34,146 nt of DNA, taken from IMG/VR virus record IMGVR_UViG_2541047954_000008; one strand, 5' to 3'. The translations under genes were made by a program, and so were the position numbers. The stretch is from a virus (taxonomy: Duplodnaviria > Heunggongvirae > Uroviricota > Caudoviricetes). The notes below the pieces were generated by a model. That model was not told where the DNA came from, searched no databases, and was given only the letters and a program-made list of their open reading frames with translations. Below are positions 26,886-34,146 of this stretch, piece after piece (the stretch's first letter is position 1; every line of letters starts with the position of its first letter).

Positions 26886-27524
26886 ATGAGCAAGCAAACA
26901 ATATCTGAACGCATAACCCAACGTATGCATGCGCTAAACCTGAAAGGCAAAGACCTTGTCAATGCCACTGGCGCATCAAAAGGCTCCGTAAGTCAATGGA
27001 TGAACGGTGGAGGAGCGCCGTCCTCGCGTTACATAAGTTCACTGGCAAAGGTATTGAAAGTAAACGAAAATTGGCTTCTTAATGGAGGAGAGTTAAATAC
27101 AGGTGATTCGCTTGATCTATCTTTACCGCCGATAAAAACGGTTCCGCTACTATCACTTCAGCAGGCAGCAAGCTGGAGTGATTATATGAAAAATTCCTCA
27201 ATAACCTCTTGTGTGCAGCTTGTCGGAGAAATCCCGGCCAATACCTTTGCAGTTGTTCTAGAGAGTGACAGTATGTCAACATCTGGTGGGGGAGTTTCCA
27301 TCCCAAATGGTTCAACAGTTTTTGTTGATCCCGATCGAACCGTACAACCAGGAAATATTGTCCTTGCCTTACCCAAAGGGACCACAACACCTGTCATTCG
27401 TAAACTGGAGATAGAAGGGCCGGATATTCTTTTAGTCCCCACGAATCCTCGCTACCCTTCAATTATGCTGGATGATCTATCTTGCATATTGGGCGTATGC
27501 TTTAAAATTCAACAAGATATTTAA
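26886..27524 (+). CDS. cI-like repressor (N-terminal HTH, C-terminal S24 LexA-like peptidase)
   Basis: 212 aa; HTH GKDLVNATGASKGSVSQWMNG; C-terminal ESDSMS (Ser) and downstream Lys consistent with Ser-Lys dyad. Confidence 0.85.
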   Translation: MSKQTISERITQRMHALNLKGKDLVNATGASKGSVSQWMNGGGAPSSRYISSLAKVLKVNENWLLNGGELNTGDSLDLSLPPIKTVPLLSLQQAASWSDYMKNSSITSCVQLVGEIPANTFAVVLESDSMSTSGGGVSIPNGSTVFVDPDRTVQPGNIVLALPKGTTTPVIRKLEIEGPDILLVPTNPRYPSIMLDDLSCILGVCFKIQQDI

Positions 27525-27588
27525 CCAACCTCATCTATTTGATTAACTGTATGCCATCGTGGCGATGGCTTAACAGCTGCCTGCTTAA

Positions 27589-27637
27589 AATGTTTTGATA
27601 AAAAAACATTGACCTGAAAAGTTCATTTTTCTAAACT
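27589..27637 (+). promoter_or_regulatory. PL-like promoter with overlapping operator O3
   Basis: Perfect inverted repeat aatgtttt-gataaa-aaaacatt (27589-27610) overlapping -35 TTGACC (27609-27614), 17-bp spacer, -10 TAAACT (27632-27637). Confidence 0.45.
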
Positions 27638-27816
27638 TCATTCATTCCCTCACCCCACCCCACAGAATGCAGGGCAATACTTCGAGTTACCAGGCAGTGG
27701 TCAGGGGTTAAGTAGCCAGCCCGAGGCGTAAGAACATGACGGCAGGGTTCAACTTTAATAACTATGCAGCAGGTTTTTGTTCCGCTACCCCGGCGTTAAG
27801 GGGAAATGAGGTCAAC

Positions 27817-27972
27817 ATGGATACTATCGATCTTGGCAACAACGAATCTCTGGTGTACGGCGTGTTTCCCAACCAGGACGGCACATTCACCGCGATGACG
27901 TATACCAAAAGCAAAACGTTTAAAACCGAAAATGGTGCCCGTCGCTGGCTGGAAAGAAACTCAGGTGAGTGA
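27817..27972 (+). CDS. ydfA: YdfA-like small protein (51 aa)
   Basis: ATG 27817 with GAGG upstream; first gene of the dicB-type operon; recalled as Qin ydfA-like. Confidence 0.65.
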   Translation: MDTIDLGNNESLVYGVFPNQDGTFTAMTYTKSKTFKTENGARRWLERNSGE

Positions 27973-27973
27973 T

Positions 27974-28102
27974 ATGGATTTCGACACAATCATGGAAAAG
28001 GCTTACGAAGAATACTTCGAAGGCCTTGCCGAAGGCGAAGAAGCTCTCAGCTTCAGTGAGTTTAAACAGGCGCTTTCCAGCTCGGCAAAATCTAACGGCT
28101 GA
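27974..28102 (+). CDS. ydfB: YdfB-like small protein (42 aa)
   Basis: ATG 2 nt after ydfA stop; MDFDTIMEKAYEEYFEGLAEGEEALSFSEFKQALSSSAKSNG; below track cut-off. Confidence 0.6.
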   Translation: MDFDTIMEKAYEEYFEGLAEGEEALSFSEFKQALSSSAKSNG

Positions 28103-28131
28103 TAAGCGAAGCAGCACCGCGAGGAATCAGT

Positions 28132-28350
28132 ATGCAGAAACGAGAACCCGTCATCATCGCGCCAGACTATACCGATGATGAACTTTATGAGTGGATGCGC
28201 CAGAAAATTAATGCAGCGCAGGATCTGAAATGGGCCAATGAAGCCAGGGCTAAGCAGGCTGAAAATCTGTCCGCTCTGGAGCAGGATATCACCAATCTGG
28301 AAAAAGCAGCGGCATTAAGCATTGCCAGAATGATTACATACCCGCGTTAA
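28132..28350 (+). CDS. ydfC: YdfC-like protein (72 aa)
   Basis: Track ORF; operon position before DicF. Confidence 0.65.
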   Translation: MQKREPVIIAPDYTDDELYEWMRQKINAAQDLKWANEARAKQAENLSALEQDITNLEKAAALSIARMITYPR

Positions 28351-28467
28351 TAGCTAACCAACGAAGCTAAGGTTGGTAATTAAGGAGTTCTCCACGGGTG
28401 AGGTGGAGTGCGTGCGCCGGACACGGGTGAGCATCCGGCACTGACAGTTTACTGAAAGGATATTTCC

Positions 28468-28656
28468 ATGAAAAGTCAGACCATAACGCGAAAGCGCACG
28501 GCGAAGTTCGTCTCACTGTACGGTGTCGTTAAATTTAATTCGACCGTGCGCTTCCGGTTGTGGCAACCCGCGAAATGGCGCGGCGGTAAGTATGGCGGGG
28601 TTATTCCTTCCCCGTTGAGGACACCGGGTTGTCAGGTTGACCATACGCTTAAGTGA
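28468..28656 (+). CDS. Possible small basic protein inside the DicF precursor region
   Basis: 62-aa ORF with AAGGA 8 nt upstream; may equally be non-coding. Confidence 0.25.
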   Translation: MKSQTITRKRTAKFVSLYGVVKFNSTVRFRLWQPAKWRGGKYGGVIPSPLRTPGCQVDHTLK

Positions 28657-28687
28657 CAACCCCGCTGCAACGCCCTCTGTTATCAAT

Positions 28688-28745
28688 TTTCTGGTGACGT
28701 TTGGCGGTATCAGTTTTACTCCGTGACTGCTCTGCCGCCCTTTTT
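28688..28745 (+). ncRNA. dicF: DicF small RNA (antisense regulator of ftsZ) with hairpin and T-run terminator
   Basis: tttctggtgacgtttggcggtatcagttttactccgtgactgctctgccgcccttttt recalled as DicF; ends hand-estimated. Confidence 0.7.
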
Positions 28746-28914
28746 AAAGTGAATTTTGTGATGCGGTGAATGCGGCTAAGCGCACGCGGAACAGTTAAAA
28801 CCAAAAACAGTGTTATGGGTGGATTCTCTGTATCCGGCGTTAATTGTTAACTGGTTAACGTCACCTGGAGGCACCAGGCACCGCATCACAAAACTCATTG
28901 TTGAGGGCGCGATA

Positions 28915-29103
28915 ATGAAAACGTTATTACCAAACGTTAATACGTCTGAAGGTTGTTTTGAAATTGGTGTCACTATCAGTAATCCTGTATTTACTGAAGA
29001 TGCCATTAACAAAAGAAAACACGAACGGGAGTTATTAAATAAAGTATGCATTGTTTCAATGCTGGCCCGTTTACGTCTGATGCCAAAAGGATGTGCACAA
29101 TGA
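28915..29103 (+). CDS. dicB: Cell division inhibitor DicB (62 aa)
   Basis: MKTLLPNVNTSEGCFEIGVTISNPVFTEDAINKRK..., recalled as near-identical to K-12 DicB; GAGGG upstream. Confidence 0.8.
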   Translation: MKTLLPNVNTSEGCFEIGVTISNPVFTEDAINKRKHERELLNKVCIVSMLARLRLMPKGCAQ

Positions 29104-29291
29104 ATCCAGTATTTGCACTTATTCTGACGGTTTTTCTTGTTTCCGGAGAGCCAGTTGATATTGCAGTCAGTGTTCACAGAACAATGCAGGAATGTATGGC
29201 AGCAGCAACCGAACAGAAAATTCCAGGCAACTGTTATCCGGTCGATAAAGTTATTCACCAGGATAATAACGAAATCCCGGCAGGATTTTAA
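29100..29291 (+). CDS. ydfD: YdfD-like lysis-associated small membrane protein (63 aa)
   Basis: ATG overlaps dicB stop (ATGA); hydrophobic N-terminus MNPVFALILTVFLVSG. Confidence 0.7.
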   Translation: MNPVFALILTVFLVSGEPVDIAVSVHRTMQECMAAATEQKIPGNCYPVDKVIHQDNNEIPAGF

Positions 29292-29384
29292 AACAGCACC
29301 GTAATAAATATCCAGTTTCATTCTTATATGTCAGCAATGGCAGAGATTTGTTCACACTTAAATCTGTGATGAGGTTTACCAATA

Positions 29385-31826
29385 ATGAGCACTGATAAAG
29401 AAGAATTTGCACTATATTGCGAAGCAAAAAATGACAAAGTAAGAAAACGCCTAGGAATTAAAGGTGGTTTTTACTGGACTACAGCAAAAAAATTATCTGT
29501 TGCAATCTCCCGCTGCATTACCGCAATGGATGACAACGATTATGATGAAGACGACTTTAAAAAACCCGTCCGCGTCAATTTGCCCGTTGTTGACGACCTT
29601 CCGCCAGAAGGCGTGTTTGATACTGAATTCTGCAACCGCTATGAAAAAGGCGGGAAAGATGGCATCACAATGACATTTATCGGCCCTTCCCCCTCTGTTC
29701 AGGACAAACCAGCCAGCACTGACAATACCAACATCAACGGCGAAGACATGACTGAGATTGAGGAGAGCATGCTTCTGCCTGTCTCCGGTCAGGAACTGCC
29801 CATTCGTTGGCTTGCTCAACACGGCAGCGAAAAACCAGTAACGCACGTTTCACGCGACGAACTCCAGGCATTACACATTGCACGGGCTGAAGAACTACCG
29901 GCTGTTACTGCCCTGGCTATTTCGCATAAAACCAGTCTGCTCGACTCGCTGGAGATTCGCGACCTCCACAAACTGGTTCGTGACACTGACAAAGTTTTCC
30001 CTAATCCTGGTAATTCAGACCTGGGACTAATAACTGCTTTTTTCGAAGCATACCTGGACGCTGACTACACTGATCGGGGTCTGCTGACAAAAGAGTGGAT
30101 GAAAGGAAATCGTGTTTCACGCATCACCCGCACGGCTTCCGGTGCTAATGCTGGCGGTGGGAACAAAACCGATCGCAATCCGAATTTAGTACACACCCTC
30201 GACACACTGGATGTGGAGATTGCAGCAGCCACACTTCCGATGGATTTTAATATTTATGAAATTCCGGGCAGCGTTTATCGTCGCGCAAAAGAAGTAGTCC
30301 TGAACAAAGAAAGTCCGTTCAAAGAATGGTCCGCAGCACTTCGTGCAACCCCGGGTATTCTGGACTATTCCCGCGCCGCTATTTTTGCACTTATCCGAAG
30401 CGCACACCCTGAATTTTATCACTACCCGGGACGCCTTCAGGGGTATATCAACGCCTATTTGACGGAAACTGATCACGAGAACCCCAGCAAGGAAACTCTC
30501 ACAGCTGCCCGGCATACGCCGGAAAAAGATATCCTGGAAAAAATTAACCGCGAGGTGGTTACTGAGCGTGAAACAGAAGAAGAAAAACCACAACCATCTG
30601 ACGCAATGGCAGGTGAACAGGCAACAACTGAAACAATGGAACCGGATACAACTGAACATGGCCAGAACGCGCAGTCGCTGGATGCTCAGTCGCAGGTGAG
30701 TTCCGCTAACCAAGTAAAAGTCACCGCTGACGAAGTAAACAAAATTATGCAGGCAGCCAATATCAGCCAGCCTGACGCCGATAAGTTACTTGCTGTATCG
30801 CGTGGTGAATTTGTTGAGGGGATTAGCGACCCTAATGATCCGAAATGGGTCAAGGGGATCCAGACTCGCGATTCTGTGAACCAGAACCAGCATGAATCGG
30901 AACGGAACGACCAAAAAGCGGAACAAAACAGCCTAAATGCGTTACAAAACGAGCCAGAAACGAAACAATCCGAACCAGTAGCGCAACAGGAACCGGAAAA
31001 AGTCTGCACCGCCTGCGGTCAGAGCGGTGGCGGCAACTGCCCTGATTGTGGCGCGGTGATGGGCGACGCAACATACCAGGAAACATTCGATGAAGAGAAT
31101 CAGGTTGAAGTTCAGGAAAATGATCTGGAGGAAATGGAAGGCGCTGAACATCCACACAAGGAGAACCCTGGCGGCAATCAGCATCACGCCAGCGATAATA
31201 AAACTGGCGAGGCGACAGATCCCTTAATTAAGGTGAATGGTCATCATAAGCTCACATCCACCAGCAGAGCGGGGATTCATCTGATGATCGACCTTGAAAC
31301 CATGGGAAAAAATCCCGATGCCCCGATTATCTCAATAGGCGCAATATTTTTCGATCCACAAACCGGAGATATGGGACCGGAATTTAGCAAGACCATCGAT
31401 CTGGATACTGCTGGCGGAGTCATTGATCGTGACGTCATTAAATGGTGGCTGAAGCAATCACGTGAAGCGCAGTCTGCCATTATGACCGATGAAATCCCGT
31501 TAGATGATGCACTACTGCAATTGCGGGAATTTATCGACGAAAACTCCGGTGAATTTTTTGTTCAGGTCTGGGGTAATGGGGCCAACTTCGACAACGTGAT
31601 TTTACGCCGTTCATACGAACGACAGGGTATCCCCTGCCCATGGCGCTACTGCAACGATCGCGATGTACGCACAATCGTTGAGCTGGGGAAAGCCATAGAC
31701 TTCGATGCCAGAACTGCTATCCCATTCGAAGGTGAGCGCCATAATGCACTTGATGACGCTCGTTACCAGGCAAAATACGTTTCAGCTATCTGGCAAAAAC
31801 TGATCCCGAGTCAGGCTGATTTTTAA
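29385..31826 (+). CDS. 813-aa exonuclease: C-terminal DnaQ-like DEDDh 3'-5' exonuclease domain, central zinc ribbon, acidic linker
   Basis: Exo motifs MIDLETMG, GNGANFDNVIL, HNALDDARY in last ~190 aa; CTACG-x7-CPDCG at about 31006-31050; full-length relative of the truncated K-12 ydfE as recalled. Confidence 0.7.
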   Translation: MSTDKEEFALYCEAKNDKVRKRLGIKGGFYWTTAKKLSVAISRCITAMDDNDYDEDDFKKPVRVNLPVVDDLPPEGVFDTEFCNRYEKGGKDGITMTFIGPSPSVQDKPASTDNTNINGEDMTEIEESMLLPVSGQELPIRWLAQHGSEKPVTHVSRDELQALHIARAEELPAVTALAISHKTSLLDSLEIRDLHKLVRDTDKVFPNPGNSDLGLITAFFEAYLDADYTDRGLLTKEWMKGNRVSRITRTASGANAGGGNKTDRNPNLVHTLDTLDVEIAAATLPMDFNIYEIPGSVYRRAKEVVLNKESPFKEWSAALRATPGILDYSRAAIFALIRSAHPEFYHYPGRLQGYINAYLTETDHENPSKETLTAARHTPEKDILEKINREVVTERETEEEKPQPSDAMAGEQATTETMEPDTTEHGQNAQSLDAQSQVSSANQVKVTADEVNKIMQAANISQPDADKLLAVSRGEFVEGISDPNDPKWVKGIQTRDSVNQNQHESERNDQKAEQNSLNALQNEPETKQSEPVAQQEPEKVCTACGQSGGGNCPDCGAVMGDATYQETFDEENQVEVQENDLEEMEGAEHPHKENPGGNQHHASDNKTGEATDPLIKVNGHHKLTSTSRAGIHLMIDLETMGKNPDAPIISIGAIFFDPQTGDMGPEFSKTIDLDTAGGVIDRDVIKWWLKQSREAQSAIMTDEIPLDDALLQLREFIDENSGEFFVQVWGNGANFDNVILRRSYERQGIPCPWRYCNDRDVRTIVELGKAIDFDARTAIPFEGERHNALDDARYQAKYVSAIWQKLIPSQADF

Positions 31827-31841
31827 TGTTCAACCCTAATT

Positions 31842-31867
31842 GCCGCTAACCGTATATAGTTAGCGGC
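31842..31867 (+). other. 9-bp perfect-stem hairpin between exonuclease stop and excisionase start
   Basis: gccgctaac-cgtatata-gttagcggc read directly; no U tract. Confidence 0.3.
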
Positions 31868-31884
31868 GGTTATGAGATATAGCT

Positions 31885-32088
31885 ATGAGCAGCTTATTTT
31901 TAACCGAAGATGAATTGCTAATATTAACGGGCTGCAAATATGCAAGCCACCAGCGAAAATGGTTAATGGAAAACGGGCTTCCGTTCTATACCAATCGTAG
32001 TGGCAAACCGATTGTCAGCCGGGATCTATTTACCTGCAATAAAACTTTACCACCACGCGAGGTAGAGCCGAATTTTGGTGCGATCTGA
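31885..32088 (+). CDS. xis: Excisionase-like DNA-binding protein
   Basis: 67 aa immediately upstream of integrase; stop overlaps integrase ATG. Confidence 0.6.
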   Translation: MSSLFLTEDELLILTGCKYASHQRKWLMENGLPFYTNRSGKPIVSRDLFTCNKTLPPREVEPNFGAI

Positions 32089-33113
32089 TGGGAAGACGAA
32101 GGAAAAATCCTGAACACGAAAAATTACCTCCAAATGTATACCCAAATAAATATAGTTATGTATGGAAACCAACATCCAGAGAATCTGTCACACTAACCGC
32201 CATCAAGGATGGTTTAGCTGCTTTATGGAAAAAGTATGAGGAAACTGTAAATAATCGCGATCGTGCAATGACATTCGGTCGCTTGTGGGAAAAATTCCTC
32301 GCCAGCGCCTATTACAGTGACCTTAGTCCAAGAACACAAAAAGATTATCTGCAACATCAAAAAAAGTTGCTTGCCGTATTCGGTAAGGTACCAGCGGATT
32401 CCATAAAACCAGAACACATCCGTCGATACATGGACAAAAGAGGGGAGCAGAGTAAAACGCAAGCCAACCATGAAAAAAGCAGTATGTCCCGTGTTTACAG
32501 TTGGGGGTATGAGCGAGGGTACGTCAAGGCTAACCCATGTGCAGGTGTAAGTAAATTCAAGGCCAAAAACCGCGAACGATATGTAACCGACAAAGAATAC
32601 CAGGCAGTATTAAGCGTTGCACCTCTTCCTGTTTTTATCGCAATGGAAATTGCCTATCTGTGTGCAGCGAGGGTTTCCGATGTGTTATCGCTGAAATGGG
32701 AACAGATTGGAAACGACGGGATATTCATCCAGCAAGGGAAAACCGGAAAAAAACAGATAAAAGCATGGAGTCCACGATTACAGGCAGCGATCGAAAAAGC
32801 AAAACAGTTACCAAAATCTGCCTATGTGATCAGCAATCAATACGGCAACCGATATATGTACAAAGGCTTTAACGAAATGTGGGTAGAAGCAAGAAATCGT
32901 GCTGGAAAAATTTCAGGTATTTTAACCGACTTCACCTTTCATGATCTGAAGGCGAAAGGAATTTCAGACTATGAAGGAAGCAGCCGGGATAAGCAACTTT
33001 TCTCTGGTCACAAAACCGAAGGGCAAGTGCTAATCTATGACAGGAAGGTTAAAGTTTCACCAACACTTGATGTCCCGTTACCTGAAAATATTCCAAGAAA
33101 ATATTCCAAGTAA
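32088..33113 (+). CDS. int: Tyrosine integrase
   Basis: 341 aa; C-terminal catalytic region with HDLK and conserved Tyr (LIYDRK); adjacent to tRNA. Confidence 0.85.
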   Translation: MGRRRKNPEHEKLPPNVYPNKYSYVWKPTSRESVTLTAIKDGLAALWKKYEETVNNRDRAMTFGRLWEKFLASAYYSDLSPRTQKDYLQHQKKLLAVFGKVPADSIKPEHIRRYMDKRGEQSKTQANHEKSSMSRVYSWGYERGYVKANPCAGVSKFKAKNRERYVTDKEYQAVLSVAPLPVFIAMEIAYLCAARVSDVLSLKWEQIGNDGIFIQQGKTGKKQIKAWSPRLQAAIEKAKQLPKSAYVISNQYGNRYMYKGFNEMWVEARNRAGKISGILTDFTFHDLKAKGISDYEGSSRDKQLFSGHKTEGQVLIYDRKVKVSPTLDVPLPENIPRKYSK

Positions 33114-33165
33114 TTCCAAGTGTGATTTTTGTCACTGACTTAATGATGTGTAAGTGATTGAATTT

Positions 33166-33255
33166 TGGCGGAGAGAGGGGGATTTGAACCCCCGGTGGAG
33201 TTGCCCCCACTCCGGTTTTCGAGACCGGTCCGTTCAGCCGCTCCGGCATCTCTCC
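33166..33255 (-). tRNA. serU: tRNA-Ser (anticodon CGA), host gene serving as att site
   Basis: 90-nt cloverleaf with long variable arm: GGAGAGATGCCGGAGCGGCTGAACGGACCGGTCTCGAAAACCGG...CTCTCCGCCA. Confidence 0.8.
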
Positions 33256-33348
33256 GTTCAGATGGTTGCCATGATGCCAGGAAATTTGGCATTTTAACAG
33301 TCCCTGTCCGTGCAATTTTGTTCAAGTGACGAGTTTGCGAGCAAAACG

Positions 33349-34146
33349 ATGATTAAGTGGCCCTGGAAAGTACAAGAATCAGCACATCAAACTGCCCTTC
33401 CCTGGCAGGAAGCACTATCGATCCCCCTTTTAACGTGTCTGACAGAACAGGAACAAAGCAAATTGGTCGCTCTTGCCGAACGTTTTTTACAGCAAAAACG
33501 GCTTGTTCCTTTACAGGGCTTTGAGCTGAATTCATTAAGAAGCTGCCGGATAGCACTTCTATTTTGCCTGCCCGTTCTGGAGTTAGGACTGGAATGGCTG
33601 GATGGTTTTCATGAAGTCTTAATTTATCCTGCGCCATTTGTGGTCGATGATGAATGGGAAGACGATATCGGTCTGGTGCATAACCAACGTATTGTTCAGT
33701 CAGGTCAGAGCTGGCAGCAAGGGCCTATCGTTTTGAACTGGTTGGATATACAAGATTCTTTTGATGCTTCTGGTTTTAACCTGATTATTCATGAAGTCGC
33801 TCATAAGCTGGACACCCGTAACGGCGATCGCGCCAGCGGAGTTCCCTTTATTTCGTTGCGTGAGGTTGCTGGCTGGGAACATGATCTTCATGCTGCAATG
33901 AACAACATTCAGGAAGAAATCGAATTAGTTGGTGAGAATGCGGCGAGCATTGATGCTTATGCTGCCAGTGATCCTGCTGAATGTTTTGCCGTACTTTCTG
34001 AATATTTCTTTAGCGCCCCAGAACTTTTTGCTCCTCGTTTCCCTTCATTGTGGCAACGTTTCTGTCAATTTTATCAACAAGATCCTTTGCAGAGACTGCA
34101 TCACGCTAATGATACAGACCCGTTTTCGGCGACGAATGTTCATTAA
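33349..34146 (+). CDS. mtfA: Host gene mtfA (Mlc titration factor / zinc peptidase)
   Basis: Starts [14 protein letters not shown]; HEVAHKLD zinc-binding motif; track ORF 33310 start trimmed to ATG 33349. Confidence 0.85.
   Translation: MIKWPWKVQESAHQTALPWQEALSIPLLTCLTEQEQSKLVALAERFLQQKRLVPLQGFELNSLRSCRIALLFCLPVLELGLEWLDGFHEVLIYPAPFVVDDEWEDDIGLVHNQRIVQSGQSWQQGPIVLNWLDIQDSFDASGFNLIIHEVAHKLDTRNGDRASGVPFISLREVAGWEHDLHAAMNNIQEEIELVGENAASIDAYAASDPAECFAVLSEYFFSAPELFAPRFPSLWQRFCQFYQQDPLQRLHHANDTDPFSATNVH

Noticed and set aside
28776-29321. Minus-strand 181-aa ORF
   Set aside because: Antisense to dicB and ydfD, both supported by recalled sequence and by SD sites.
30186-31187. Minus-strand track ORFs 30186..30713, 30686..31009, 30850..31155 and 30942..31187
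   Set aside because: All antisense to the 813-aa exonuclease gene, which has a single uninterrupted frame with recognisable motifs.
33049-33325. Minus-strand track ORFs 33049..33315 and 33140..33325
   Set aside because: They translate straight through the tRNA-Ser gene and the integrase-tRNA spacer.

Overview
This 34,146-bp window is almost entirely one lambdoid prophage (position 1 to about 33,165) plus the start of flanking host DNA: tRNA-Ser(CGA) at 33,166-33,255 and mtfA at 33,349-34,146. All calls come from reading the sequence and the ORF track and from recalled family knowledge; no database search or structure prediction was run, and coordinates of non-coding elements are hand-counted. 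On the minus strand, from high to low coordinate, the order is: cro-like, YdaT-like, an O-like replication gene containing iterons, a nin-like block (orphan DNA methyltransferase plus a chain of tiny translationally coupled genes), a hok-type toxin, a lipoprotein cassette, DUF968, RusA, a Q-like antiterminator with a tR'-like terminator, an AT-rich membrane-protein gene, a four-tRNA array, a pinholin / SAR-endolysin / spanin lysis cassette, HNH-cos-terminase and HK97-type head genes, then lambda-like tail genes V, G-T (with a -1 frameshift site), H, M, L, K, I and the 5' part of J. On the plus strand a cI-like S24 repressor is followed by a DicB-type operon (ydfA, ydfB, ydfC, DicF sRNA, dicB, ydfD), an 813-aa DEDDh exonuclease, excisionase and integrase abutting the tRNA-Ser att site. 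The best candidates for undescribed biology are cargo: the AT-rich 257-aa polytopic membrane protein between the Q terminator and the tRNA array, the AT-rich lipoprotein cassette, an apparently complete hok locus with unannotated small ORFs and repeats, and two small acidic proteins next to the orphan methyltransferase.
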